DNA of 54,745 nt, filler included, from Sluysia triapertura (GCA_046118255.1; 4 parts of 4 records of this genome joined end to end with filler, not necessarily neighbours in it), one strand, 5' to 3'. Shown: positions 1-13,317, numbered from the whole stretch's first letter. Numbers and translations are program-made. The notes: generated by a model from the sequence alone, not told the origin.

Positions 1-679
1 GCTTTCATTTATTGAGGGATTTACTTCACCTTACAATTGCGATATGCCGTGTTTACATTACTGTTTAATTACTCAAGCGAAAAATGCAATTAATACCAAC
101 AATAACTAATATGAAAAATTGTTAAAATATGTGCGATGAGATTTACCACAATTATACTATGTTTTATTATCACTATGATATCCAACTTCGTTACATGCCT
201 TATGAGCCGTCTCAATAGCCAACATATTTAAATGTACATAAATGTGTTAATCAGCTAAAAAGTTATTCATGTAAAGATCCGATGCAGTCTCGTTATCGAA
301 ACGGAGTAGTATGTATTTGGACTATAAAAAGATCTAATTCTAACATTGATAAAGTACTAAACGATACACATTTTTATCTTAAAGAGAACGAGATAATAAA
401 GATTATACACTTAATACTAATTGATTGTTCTATTGTTAGTATTATTGTATTATTCTTTTCAGTGTCTTATTGTTTTACAAATAAAATGTTAAATTTCGTT
501 TCGTTAAGCTTGTTATTTATTAATGGCCTTACGCCTAGTTTGATAATTAAAAAATTCATAGTTCTAAAGTTAAATTTTAATTTTTTTGTTTCAAAGAAAT
601 GCTTAAACCTTTTTGGTAAAAATATAAAATTAAATATAAATAAATATAATTAGTTAATTGCAAAGACAACAAAGCCCTC

Positions 680-2045
680 CCCACACTGGGAATTGCTTGG
701 ATGATTAGAGTATAAAATAAAAATTTCTAAATTTTTACAACACAATTACACAATTACGCTACAAGAAAACAGGGCTTATTGAGAAAATCCATGCTTTGGG
801 TGAGAATTTTATATTTTATTTGATTATTTAATATTATTATTTTTGATTATTATTATCATTTTATATGATTTTTTGTGGAACTACTCCTTTTGCAATTTAT
901 TTTAAAATATTAAATCTATTTTTAAGAGATTTTAATATCATTTGGAGGGAGACTCCCTTTGCAATTAATTTTTTGTGTTAATTGCGTCACTCCTGTTTTG
1001 TTCATATAGACTGTTATAAGCTTGATACTATTATAAGCGTTATTGTTAATACTATAGTTTTTTTTGTTGCTTAGCAAAGACATAACAGTAATTTGTTGTT
1101 TTTGTTGTAATTATTAAATTATTGAATTACTGTTTATTTTATTTTAAAAACTTAATTTTTGGGTTGAATAAATAACATTACCGAAATAAGGGAAATTGTG
1201 ATAATTTTATATTGAATTTAGTGATTAATTATTAAGGTTTTGTTAAATAGATTAACCAAATTAATTTTATATTATTATTAAGTGTAAAGACGCAACATAT
1301 TTAACAACTTTATAACCATGATAAAACCTTTAAACTTAGAATAAAATAAGTTAAAATAAATAAATAATTAATTAAGGAAAATTAGGTTTTTCGAATAACT
1401 TTTGAATGAGGAATGCTACGTAAAACTGTAATTGTGTATGTATGTGTTTTAAAGATAAGGTTTGGCTGAATTCATCGAGGAAAGCCTCTACATTGAATAA
1501 AGTCGAATTTTAATTAATTTTTAATTAAAAAATGATGAATATTCATATTTAGAATGATGAAGAGATGATGAATTATGTATGGAGTGATTTCTATGAAATA
1601 GGATGATCAGAAAATGAAGGTGAAGTGTTTGTGAAATGCTTTGTTTGGGAAAGAGAACCTTAAACATTTTCCATTAAAAAATTGAGTGTGAGGAGTTGAA
1701 AATTAATTAAAGTGTAAAAACTAAAGTTACATTCATTATTTTTAATAATAATAATTGTTATTTTAATGTAAGAAGTGATTCATGAAAAAATAGATCGAGT
1801 AGCAGAAAATATGAGAGTTGATTGTTAATTGAATTGTTTTGTTTTGATTGACAGGTCTTACCATCTAAGTGTCAAAGTCGTTTTAGTCAGTTTAATCTTT
1901 AAAATAAGTTTTGATTATTTGTGTAAGAGTAACTTCTGTTTGAGAATGTAGAAATGATTGGATGGCATAAATTTATAAATTAAAACACTTAGGTATTTTT
2001 ACGCAATCACAAAAAAGTGGACATAATATCCATGCTTTCGGTAAC
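680..2045 (-). repeat. Dispersed repeat 'Y' (1340-2045) plus a short direct partial copy of its end (680-810); LTR-like relic
   Basis: 1370-2020 aligns by eye to 11650-12290 (e.g. TGTAATTGTGTATGTATGTGTTTTAAAG; AAAGTCGAATTTTAATTAATTTTTAATTAAA; GAGAACCTTAAACA). 690-800 repeats the motifs TTGGATG..TATAAAAT..TTTTTACAACACAA and ATCCATGCTTTnGGT seen at 1960-2042 and/or 12232-12284. Confidence 0.75.
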
Positions 2046-2489
2046 GTTTATTGATATTTTTATAAATATTAATTTTATTTAAGAATATTTTATTAACCTA
2101 CTTAAAATAAATTTTTAAATATTAATTTAATTTCACAAATATTTTGCTATAATATTTTAAATTTTATAATTACTGACCTAGTTAACGTAAATTTTTATAA
2201 ACATTGATAAGGAATATTTTGCCATGTCTTAAAGTTTATTTTTAATCTACTTAAAATAAATTTTTATTTTAAATAAGTATTAATTTTAAGGAATAATTTG
2301 TCGTAACATTTTATTCTATATTTAGTTTAAAAAAAGTATACTTGTGGGTTTCACCCTCATATTTTGTAACCAATTTTGTTATTACTAATACTACTCCTTT
2401 TAGTTGTAAGATATCCATTACTTATCACTTCATTACCCTCAGTTTAACAGAGAGCTTGTTTTGTCAATGCACTTTCATCGTACCAATTA

Positions 2490-2680
2490 TATGTATCGCA
2501 TCTCCATATAATGACTCCTGCTAAATGAGATAAGTGATCTGCAAGTCCTTTCAATCCATTTTCTGTTAGAAATGAGTTCAATAATTAAAGAAGCCATAGC
2601 CCCGTGTCTATTAATAACGTATTATCATACCATTTATTCTAATATTAACCATTGGTTTATTTAATACACATTGAAATCGA
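2490..2680 (-). pseudogene. Retropepsin (LTR-retrotransposon aspartic protease) relic
   Basis: Minus-strand translation with two 1-nt frameshifts gives KPMVNIRING MIIR-LLIDTG-AMASLII, matching the retropepsin V-x-I-N-G...L-I-D-T-G-A-x-x-S signature. DTG codons lie at about 2600-2608. Confidence 0.55.
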
Positions 2681-2749
2681 CAATTGACCTGAGTGCTTAT
2701 AGTAATCTTAATCTCAGTATAAATATATATCTCTACACAGCACATTAAT

Positions 2750-5210
2750 TACATTTTATTGTATAAAAGTATAAACTTGAGTTGTAATAAATAATAAACA
2801 TCACACTGCAAATAATTATTTTAGCGCCAGATGTCATTAATATTTTTTCAGCATTACTAAGATTTGTATCGATTTTAAATTAAATAGCGCATTACAGTGT
2901 TAAAGTGAGAATTATATTAGCTGCCTAATCAATATTATCGATAGATTATTTAGATGGTCAAAAAATTCATAACGTACAAATATAATGTAAACTTTAAGTT
3001 CTTGAAATAATGATTTTTAAAACACTTTCATCAAGCATACATTTTGCAGTTTCCATGTATCGCCAACCAGTTTTTTCTTAAGTCACGTTAAAATAATATT
3101 AAATCATTTAAACGATAACGGGAATTATAATTATTTTTCCTAAGGATATAAGTTTGTAACATTTTATATTATATCACAAGTCACATATATGCATATTTTT
3201 CTTAATTTTAAAATCTAATCAAATATACTTTCCACTACCTGGGTAAATGTCACAAATTAAAAAAAACTTGTATCATTAATTTTATTATACAAAATTAGAT
3301 TAGAACCATAACAAATAATGCTATTGACATTGAATAAACACGCACTGATAAATCAGTGTATATATTCTGGAAAAGAGGCACCTAAAATAATAAAATTTTA
3401 ATTTAATTTTATAAATGATACATTATGATAAATATAATGTAATATCAATGCAAATTATTATATTTTAATATAAGTTGTATAAAAGTTAATGTTAAAAATT
3501 TACATCTAAATGAAAACTTTATACACCTTCTCGAGTTACAAACTTTGGTTCTAACTGATAAGTAGTTTGTCGGAAAACGTAGCAACTAATGCACAAATTA
3601 CTACCTTTTGTACAACATAGAAAGATGTTTACGCCCAGAGTAAATTTAAAAATTTGATCAAAAACATTTCATGCATTGCGATCACATTTCTTCTTTAGGA
3701 ATACGCTTTAATTTATTTGAACATTATCAATAGTACGTTCAATCTTTGTAAATCGTTCCAAATTAAGATCATTTGTTTCGAGATTGACAAGAGCTCTTAT
3801 TTGGTTGTATATAATATTATAAATCATTGGATGTTAATTTATCTGGCTACTCTTTATTTCTCTTCATTTATAGTAATCATAAGTCGGAAAGTTGGTGTAT
3901 ATCACATGGATTTACATAAGTATAATATTTTTAACTTAATTTTTATTTTTAATTTAAAACCTTTAAATTTAATTCGCATGAAAATCAGGTTTAAACTTTA
4001 TGGTGTTTTAATTCTTTTGTATTATACTACTTAATAAGAATTTATGTTCAGTCAAGGTAATAACAAGACCAATAAACCAGTAAATGAAGCATATGAAACT
4101 CTATTAATTATTGACTTAAAAATTACGCAATATAATTGTTAAAGAAACAGTGACTTAAATAGTCATCACTGTTCTTCAAGCTAAGCTCGACAATAAGGAT
4201 ATAATACTATTTAATTATTAAAACAATCTCAACATACTTATTTTATCAATTAGATTTAAAATGCCAGGTCATTTTCGTCTCTTTGAAATACAGCTAATTA
4301 TAATTTTTAATTTCGATTGCTCTAAAATTTACGTGCATCTATTATCAAGTTGAATATTAATTAAGCAGTGTTTTATGACTTATTAAATAGTTTGAAAAAT
4401 TATTACTGATTCAAAAAATTAATAGTATATAATGCACAAGCCGCTATTTTTTCATTAACATTTAAGCTTGTTTAATAAATTTATTAATTTTTTAAACCAT
4501 TTTTATGCTTATGTATGTATAATTTACTTCGAATTAGCTTTTACACCAAATTTGTTATCAGCCTTTTCTTACATTTCATATCTTCAATAGTTAAAAATTC
4601 AATGCAAAATGACGTGTATTTTGCAATACATTTCAACTAAATAGAATGCATTTTTATTTTTTAATTACACATACTATATTTTTTGCTCGGCTTAATTGGC
4701 TTAAACAGATAACTTGAAGTAACTAATGATAAGTATTATCCAGTTTGTAACACATCAAACTTCACAGTATCATTCAATTTAATTGCACGTATGTCATTCT
4801 ATTAAATTTTGAGATATTTCACGTTCAATAAATATATTATTAGATGTAAAAATCAGTTATTTCTTGAACTATTTAATCATGAATATATTCAAATAACGAT
4901 ATTTATGCCAATACGACACAACTGCTTTAACACTAACTGCTAAGTAGTTCAGTAACAATCACAAGTTCAAATTCCTGTGACGTTTAAGTTTAAATATTTT
5001 AATATGGATTCTTGAGAAAACCAAAACATTTATTTTTGTATTACCATAATGAAATTATTTGCGTAAATTTGTAACCATAATATGAATTAATACATACAAT
5101 TGTTCTTATACACAAAATTTTAAAGCAAGTTCATCATTAAACTTTGATATTAACGTTGAACAAAAAATGCCTATAAAATTTAAACGAGATTTTATTCACA
5201 ATTTTTCATC
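2750..5210 (-). pseudogene. Coding-like degenerate region, possibly a decayed multi-exon gene of unknown product
   Basis: Long near-open minus frame at ~3528-3820 (YNQIRALVNLETNDLNLERFTKIERTIDNVQIN*...LEPKFVTRE, then GT) and several GT..AG micro-intron-like segments. No consistent stop-free model could be built. Confidence 0.25.
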
Positions 5211-5800
5211 TTTAAATTTATTAATTGAAAAAAAATATCTAAGATTTTAATTGAAAAATAATGGATCCTTAGTAAATAACTTTATTTAATGACAGGCTAT
5301 GAAGTAGAACACAATGTCATATAAATATTTTCTTCATGAAATTAAAACCTGGTATTTTCAAGATTTAAATGTACATATCCTATTCAGAATGTATTTGATC
5401 TAACTCGTAATTGTAAAGGTCCCAAAACACCACCGGAATTCACTGGATCATAATTACTGGAAATAGACTTAAATCTGCAAAATTGATTTAGATCTAACAG
5501 GTTATAATTGAAATGATTAATACAATACATAATATTTTCAAAATTGGTAAAATTATAATTTACATGTTATAATTCAAAAAATACTTATCGAGCTTACCAA
5601 TTTTTAAACATAATTTACTCTTAGTTACTAATGACAAAATCATCTGTAAGCATTCATTTGTCCTTTAATACCACAACCGTATCAACAATTTTCGTACTTT
5701 TTCTGAACGAAATAAAAAACTAGAAGAATAGCCATGTATATTATATTCAAAATTCAAACTATCTTGATTTTACATAAAAAATTATTGATCTAACCTTTAC

Positions 5801-6984
5801 TTAATATGGAGGCCGTATTTGATTCCAAGTTGTGATTGGATTATCTAAAAATGAAATTATTTACATAAGACCATACTTCTTGGATATATTACTGGATTGT
5901 AAATCGTTTGCGTTACACCTATTTTATTTTTTTCTAAATTATCTGTTTCGTCATACATTTCACTTGGATCTTTTTTTGTAAAATGTATGTACTTTTTCGA
6001 CCTTAGTCTAATTTGTTCTAATGGGATATCATCTTCTGGGTGTATCAAAGTAACTTTAATGTTTGGTGTAGAGCTAGTCGGTTGCGCAACTTTAGAAATA
6101 ACTTTTTCTTCATTAATTGTTCCAGAATATGCTGGAAAAGTAGGTTCAACTTTTTTAACTTGTTCCGTTTGTGGTGGGGGAGGTGGTGGTGGTGGCGGAA
6201 TATCATAGCTATTTAAGTTATTATTAAAATGAGCTAGTGATGGTTGACTAACTGGTACTATAGGTGAAGTAACAATCGGATGACTAATAGGTTGAATGTG
6301 ACTTGGAATAGGTCTTGGTACTGGGATATGAGGGCGTACAAAAATTGGTGGACCAATACTATAAATATTCATTAATTTAATTACTAAACTCACCCTAATG
6401 GTATAGTTGGAGGCATAATTGGAACAGCTATAGTAATGAGTTAAAACAATCATTATCAAAACTTACATAATGGCGCTATGTATGGTATTCCAGGCGATAC
6501 AGATATGTTCGGTATTGCCATCGTGGCACCAGTCAAAGGAATTTGTTCTAACTTTGACTTTTTTTCTTCAGGTTCATCTTAACAGAATATGAGATAAAAA
6601 GGTATTAATACCATTTCCATATTTTTGTTTCTCATGTTCCTTCAAATCTTCATCCGGAATTCCTTCCATGCCATAAATTTCAATTTCAACATTACATCTA
6701 TGAGGTAATGCAAAAGGTATTTTATCAATTTTTTCTTTATGCACCTGTTTAATTATTCAAAATAAATTTAACAAATACCTGCATTGAATGAATAGATAAA
6801 CCTGGTCCAGTGTACAATTTTTTATGACAAAAAGTGCATTTGAAATGTTTGGACTTTTGGTGTTGTATTAATATTTTTTCATCATCAAATTCTCTATTAC
6901 AATACCTTTAGATGACAGTTATTAGATATACTCAAAATCTAACCAACACCAAGGCTTCATTTGCTTCTTTTTCTTCCTACCCAT
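5801..6984 (-). CDS. ZNF207: BUB3-interacting GLEBS-motif zinc finger protein BuGZ/ZNF207; exons 6984-6944, 6905-6779, 6744-6612, 6577-6467, 6427-6394, 6358-5877, 5844-5801 (972 nt, 323 aa)
   Basis: Spliced translation [89 protein letters not shown] is the conserved BuGZ N-terminal zinc-finger region. It has a Pro-rich middle and a GLEBS motif [14 protein letters not shown]. Six GT-AG introns of 38, 34, 34, 39, 35 and 32 nt keep the frame. Confidence 0.96.
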
Positions 6985-7449
6985 GATTAGAAATAAATGT
7001 AAACAAAATATATTAAAACAAATATAAAAGAACAATTTTGTTTAAAAAAATAAAATTAGAAAATTAAATAGTTAAAACACGTGATAAAAAATTAATTAAA
7101 AATATTATTTTATAAATATTATTTCTTGAATAATTTATTTGCATTTATTAAAATGGCCATAAATTTGAAGTATTCATTGTAAAGTATATTGTGTATATAA
7201 AAAGTAATTAATTGAAATTATACCAACTTCTTTTAATTTAAATGATAATTATATGCTAAATAAAATATATTTTAAATTATTATTTATATGAACCATTAAA
7301 AATATTTCATAAACCATTAAAAATATTTAAAATACAATAATAATAATATGTTAAATTATATTGCACTCAAATTATATTGCACTCATAAATTATATTGCAC
7401 TGAGTAAGCACTCAAAAGCGCTTAAAATAAATCATTCACTATAATATTT

Positions 7450-8770
7450 CTGAAACAGAAAGAACTTTACCTTTTTCTTAAATATTTCATAATCTTCCAG
7501 TAATGACATTCTCTGGTAACTAATTGTATATAGTTGTAAATTAAATTATTTTTAAAAATTATTTTTTTATAAATTACTTATGGTCTTATGCAGACTTTTA
7601 TGATCTCACATTTAATTGTTGTACATTTTGACAATAGATTTTATTTCATTGCGTGTTTTGAGATGTTAAAAGTCATTGAAATTTGGAAAAATTTCTCACT
7701 TACATCCCTAACATAGAACTCACACTTTGTCTTATTACTTTAAATATAAATAGCAATTTAAAATTTTCTGCAATACCATTTTTCTAAATAAAGTAACACG
7801 TTTATCTACATATTTATTTTTGTAATTTCTTCTATGTATTAGTTAATTTGATTTTATAATGTAATACATACCTCATATATTTAATGTAATGCATTTCCGT
7901 TCAATCCGTAATTGTTTTGATTACCAATTAATTGTGACATGCTTTCATTTGTATTCACCATATGCCGCTTTATTCTTCCTACTATTGAAAAAATTTCAAG
8001 GCATTTTTATTCTGTTTGTTGACATACTTCTGAAGTATTTTAATGCTTTGTTTTAGTTTATCGGAACTTTGAATAAAATAGTAAATTATAATCCAGTCTT
8101 TTAAACTTTATTTATATTTCAATCATATTTAAATAATTCAATCATATCGGTCATTTGATTATTTTCAAACGGTCAATTAAGCACTGCATTTCTAAGCCCT
8201 TGTTCTTCAAACAGTTAACATTCTCAGACATTAATATGACATACAATTTAGTCTTAGTATTATGTTACTCTCATGTATTTAATAATAATTATTATTATAA
8301 TTGTAATAGTAATAATAGTAACAGTAATAATAATAGTATTAATTTCGAAATATGTGAATTAGCTATGATATACAATTATTGATTTGTTATTGAATATTTA
8401 TTTAATGTGCAAAAGTATATGAAATCTATTAAATTGATAAAGATTTCCAATTTTAAATAAAGGTTTCGGTATAAAATTTTTGATTGCAATTTGTAAAATT
8501 TTGTTAGTTGCAATTCGATCAACAGAATAAGGATTTAATAGAACTTTTGTTATTGAATAGAATTTCAATTCATTAATGATATTAATATGCGTTGGCAACA
8601 AGTATTCGTACATATTGTATTTGTGCACTTTAATTAAGTATGCAAAGAAATATAAATCTAATTTCTTGCATTAAAACTAGATATAGTTAATAATACAGTC
8701 CGGAGTAATATTTAAAATATTTGTCATTGAATTTAGTTTTATTTTTGAACTTTGTAATACCTAAAAATTG
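7450..8770 (-). pseudogene. Possible decayed multi-exon gene (includes ORF 8398-8628)
   Basis: Minus-strand coding-like stretches bounded by GTATGT...TAG micro-intron-like sites (e.g. ~7832-7871), with in-frame stops and no recognisable domain. Confidence 0.2.
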
Positions 8771-10077
8771 ATGATAATCGAAGAAATAAATATTTTTTAA
8801 AGTAATGCAATTTTATGTATTTGAAAATGTGCTCAAAATGTTTAATTTTCGTTCTATATTGATTATTTAACTTATAATGGAATAAAAGAAACGAATTATT
8901 TACATTGCAATGGTTTTTAATATATAAATATGTAAAAATTAGAAATTAAGTCTGATAATCATACTAAATAACAGACTAGTCTTTGTTAAAGCACGACATA
9001 TCAACATATAAGGATAAATACGTTGAAGTTATTTAATTTACTATAATAAAAACAAATAAATTTTGAACTTATATATCACACTGGTCAAGGAGGTACTTCG
9101 TTCGAGTTCGGGTAAACACATTTTCTATGGAATTATTTAAAGTTTTAAATTATAAAAGTACATAAAAGTAGTAACAAACGAATTAATTATTGTTCCATAG
9201 TCTGTACATGAATTTTTAATTTCACAAATCAATCTTTACAATTGTCTTTGACAATACAATACTTGTTATATTGCCTGCAAACGTTTATATTAAATAAATA
9301 AACATTTCAGAATTAAAAATAAACACTTTATCTTTTAAATAAAATCGCAATTGAGGGCAATATGCAGTGAAAAGTATATGGCTTGAATTCCCGCATATTT
9401 TTTGTAATTTAATAAAAAAAGTTATGAAAGAAATATTCATAACAAAGTACATTTATCCATTCTCAATATGTTAACTTGATAAATATTTTACCACATCATA
9501 AAAGCACAGTTAAACAAACCATTTTATTAATAAATATAAAAATTATAAAGAAAAAGAATAACCTATTACTGTTTTCAAATAATCGCAATAAAACTAAACT
9601 GTTATCAGATATATTAATTATACTATTTCAATTTAAGGAATTGTTCTTTATTAATTTTATGATTTTTTTTTCCAAAGATGTCGCTGACTGTTCGGAAAAT
9701 AATTGATTCCAAATAATTCTAAATAATTATTTGCTTTTTTGATTCTTTTAGTGAGTTTCTTTTGGATTGTGTCGTGGATTTTATCTCAATTCCTTTATGG
9801 AAGTAATTGAATTTCTATATTCACATATTATGTCGACTCCTGTGGCATTTATTTCAGTTTTATTGACATCAAAAATGATAACATATTAAACGTTTTGTTC
9901 ATAAATTATAAATAATTATTCTGTTTTAGTCACATTATAAATGTCCAAGGCATTTTGATATGTATACGTCCTTGACGATTTTAAATATTCAATTATTAAA
10001 TATTGAAGTACGAATTATGAGAACCGTGAATAATAAAGTGTAAAGTGATTATTAAAGTATATTTTTTATTTCTCTAG

Positions 10078-10181
10078 CTCCATATCAAATATATCAAGGC
10101 CAACCATGTCCCGGTCAGCCACAATATGTACAACAACCTAATGCAGGACAACCTCAAAATGTATGGCAATATCCACAGACA
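10078..10181 (+). CDS. Isolated internal exon encoding a P/Q/Y/G-rich peptide (PYQIYQGQPCPGQPQYVQQPNAGQPQNVWQYPQT)
   Basis: Polypyrimidine tract plus TTCTCTAG acceptor at 10077, perfect GTAAGT donor at 10182, locally raised GC and an open low-complexity frame. Composition resembles the N-termini of scramblase/annexin-type proteins (inference). Confidence 0.55.
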
Positions 10182-10443
10182 CGTAAGTGAAATTTGTAAT
10201 TAAACCTTTGATGGACAAAAAAGCTGTCCTATTTCTGGGGAACGATGTGCTAATTATGTCCAAATAAAATCTGTAAATTTTCGAAACTTGGCCCGGTAAA
10301 CCTTTTTTAAACAGCTAAAAATAAATTTATTTATGCTAATTTCATTGTAATGAAATTTCAATTTATCAAATAAATGTGAATTTAAATTACAAAATTCAAG
10401 TAACATTTTAATAAACGTATTTCACTTTTTTGTAATTCATTAC

Positions 10444-10569
10444 TGTGGTGGCTAACTTCTTCACACAAAATTTTATTACACCATACTTCTACGACACCTA
10501 AAGCACATCATCAAAAATCATTAAATTTGTATTTTAAATTTAAATATAAATTAATAAATTTAAAATAAG
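10444..10569 (+). repeat. Truncated 5' start of the TGTRGTGG head family (copy I)
   Basis: TGTGGTGGCTAAC...AAATTTTATTACA matches the starts of copies D and E. It is cut off by the TGTAATAAATTTTT element at 10570. Confidence 0.55.
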
Positions 10570-10931
10570 TGTAATAAATTTTTTGTTTCTTTACTGTCTT
10601 TTTAATTCGGTTATTTAACACTTGACTTATCTTTCTTCTTCAGAACTTAGTTTCTATTTATTAATTATCAAAATATTCGAATATTAAAATTCTCACTATA
10701 TGTTATCAATTCAAATTACTTTATAAAATTTACGTTTGCCTTATACTCTTGAGATTATCACTTGATATTGAACTTAATTAGAGGCGTGAGTTACAATACT
10801 CGTCCTAATTGTTTAGGATAGAAGTGCTTAGTAGTTAATGTTTAATAGTCTTATTTTTCTGTGTGGTATCACTCTTATTTAGTAATTTACTTTAAATAAC
10901 AATCAACGAAAACAAAATAATAACCGATTAA
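10570..10931 (+). mobile_element. Solo-LTR-like dispersed repeat (copy 1 of 2)
   Basis: Starts TGTAATAAATTTTT and shares CTATATGTTATCAATTC and ATACTCGTCCT..TGTTTAGGATAGAAGTGCTTA with 33009-33390. Confidence 0.65.
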
Positions 10932-11036
10932 NNNNNNNNNNNNNNNNNNNNNNNNNNNNNNNNNNNNNNNNNNNNTTAATTAATTAANNNNNNNNNNNNN
11001 NNNNNNNNNNNNNNNNNNNNNNNNNNNNNNNATTAC

Positions 11037-11039
<3 letters not shown>

Positions 11040-11108
<69 letters not shown>
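11040..11108. repeat. (ATT)n microsatellite; similar tracts at ~27090-27150, 33997-34040, 35131-35193, 39466-39520, 44907-44969, 52766-52808
   Basis: Direct inspection. Confidence 0.95.
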
Positions 11109-11234
11109 GGGACTGCCCAGTTAGTTTATAGAAAATAGGTTAAAAGGTAAGGAAATTTAAACTATATATAAGAAAACGTGATATAAAATATCTGAAATAT
11201 AATAATATTATAATATAATAATAATATAATTAAA

Positions 11235-12295
11235 TGTTGCTAAAGCAAGAATAATGAATAATAAAATGTTTGTAATCATTTTGAAACCGAAGAATACCTT
11301 GGAGTTCCAAAGACTTTTGTAGGGTATGGAGACCCTTATGAAGGCTTAAGTAAGTTTTGGAAAGTTGTCTTGAAGTACGAAGATACATTTGAACTTCTGA
11401 ACATTGGATCATTTGAGATCTTGTTGATCTTTTGGAACTTTTGAAGACTTTTTAGACCTTCGAGTAACTTTGTAAAATGATCAAGAATTAAAATCATGGT
11501 TAATAATATTAAAGATAAATTTGGAACATTAATAAATGAAATAAAAAAGTAGAAAAAGAAATCAGAGTGGCGAAGGTGAAAACATCTAGAGCCTCCTGAG
11601 TATTTAGCAACTTTATAAACATAAATAATTAATTAATTAAAATCTTAAGTTAATTAAGAAAAATTACGTTTGTGTGAATAACTTTTGATAGGTGAATGCT
11701 ATGTTAAAATTGTAATTGTGTATGTATGTGTTTTAAAGAGGTCTTCTGATGAAGATACGGTATGACGCGATAATGCGAGAAAAGCCTCCACATTGAGCAA
11801 AGTCGAATTTTAATTAATTTTTAATTAAATAATGTTAAATGTTCATATTTAGAATGATGAAAAGATAATAAATTGAATATGAAATGATTTCCATGAATGA
11901 GGATAATCTGGAAATGAGGTTGACATATTTGTAAAATTGTTTGTTTGGGAATGAGAACCTTAAACACATTAGATAATTGAGTGTGAGGAATTGAAAATTA
12001 ATTAAATTCATCATTTTAAGTAAGTCAATAATAATAATAATTATTTTAATATAAGAAGTGATTTATGAAAAAATAGATAGAGTGTAATAGATGAAAAAAT
12101 AATAGTTGATTGCTAATAAAATTTGACAGGTTAAATCATGTAAGTTTCAAAAGCATTATAGTGGGTTTAATCTTTAAATGAGGTTTTGATGATTTGTGTA
12201 AGAAAAATTCTTGATTGTGAATGTGGGATTATTGGATGACATAAAAGTATAAAATAGAACATTTAGGAATTTTTACAACACAAAAATGGACAACA
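11235..12295. mobile_element. TGTTG...CAACA-bounded 1061-bp unit (solo-LTR-like) with near-perfect 5-bp target duplication
   Basis: Termini TGTTG (11235) and CAACA (12295), flanked by TTAAA / TTCAA. The left part matches 48405-48705 (inverted); the right part matches 1340-2030 and, more weakly, 48880-49130. Confidence 0.65.
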
Positions 12296-12374
12296 TTCAA
12301 AAGAAAATTAAAATCTATGTTATTAAGAAGATGCAGGTTTGGGGTAATATTTTAAATTTTATTATTTTGTCAAT

Positions 12375-12564
12375 CCGGATAAAAGACGTTTTAAAAAAAT
12401 TTCATGAAGTTTCGGAATTTGTTAAAAAGAATCACTCAGAAAAACTGTTAACTAATCGGGCTAACACTCACTATGATGATGTGTGCCTTGCACATTTTCG
12501 AAAGATTGTTAAAATCCGACATAATCAAACGTCCTTTACAAAACTTGTTGACAAAATCTTCTAA
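12375..12564 (+). pseudogene. Tigger/pogo (TIGD1-like) transposase C-terminal fragment
   Basis: IKDVLKKFHEVSEFVKKNHSEKLLTNRANTHYDDVCLAHFRKIVKIRHNQTSF resembles the Tigger1/TIGD1 C-terminus pattern (..FVEK.HP.K....RA...F.DN.MSHFR.ILK.RQKQ.SLD). Confidence 0.7.
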
Positions 12565-13000
12565 TTAATAAAGCACTTTTTCTTCTTTTTCGAAATAGTG
12601 GAACCAAAGCAGTTGTTAACTAATTCTAAAATTGTATCTAAATATTTATAAACCATTCTTTCATAAAAGCTTTGTTCTGCCATTAATTTATTTCATTAGT
12701 TTCGTCAAGCTTTTTTGCTATTCGTTTACTTTTTTCTTTCTTTTTCAGTTACTACAGATTCAACTTTATTTAACTTTGATGTTACGTCATCTTTATCTGA
12801 AATTTTCTATTGTCTTTGTTCTGTTTGGTATTTGTTATCTGTTTTTAGCCATCTTAAGATTTTACGCCTTTTTTAAATCTGGATTTATGACTACTTTTTC
12901 TTTCAAAAAGTAGTTAACATTTAATTGTTCGAAATTTTATATGCGAAATTCATTATCATTAGCTACATGAATTAAAGATATATGGACGTTATAATAAGTT

Positions 13001-13297
13001 TGGGATGTCCCAAAAGTAACCGCACCGAAAACTTAAATAGAAATTAGATATCAAAAACGACAAATTTCATATGTATATTTACAAATGTTCAAAATGTCCA
13101 TGTTGAACTTCAATCAAACACAACATCATTTGACAACACTGCGACATACTTTCGGGTAAGATTCCTCTGAAATTGGGTTCCATTTGCGCTGAATATTTTG
13201 TTTTAGTTGATCAATTGTCCTAGGATTTTTAACATAAACTGCGTTCTTTAGAACTCCCATAGAAAAAAATCAGACGATGTCAGATCTGGAGAGAATT
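13001..13297 (-). mobile_element. Tc1/mariner (rosa/DD41D-like) 3' remnant with degenerate TIR
   Basis: Minus translation with frameshifts: SPDLTSSDFFLW-GVLKNAVYVKNPRTIDQLKQNIQ...GHFEHL*. TIR-like GGGATGTCCCAAAAGTAAC at 13002. Confidence 0.8.
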
Positions 13298-13317
13298 CAC
13301 ACACTTCCAGTTACTTC

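Noticed and set aside
282-653. 123-aa ORF
   Set aside because: No recognisable motif; the C-terminal half is AT-rich low-complexity; insufficient support.
5987-6208. Plus-strand Gly-rich ORF
   Set aside because: Antisense shadow of the BuGZ poly-Pro exon; likewise 24442-24795, 14719-14943 and 29825-30013 shadow other frames.
10976-10987. TTAATTAATTAA islands inside N-runs (also 24182-24193 and 35445-35456)
   Set aside because: Identical 12-mer centred in N-padding with stops in all six frames; an artificial contig spacer, not biology.
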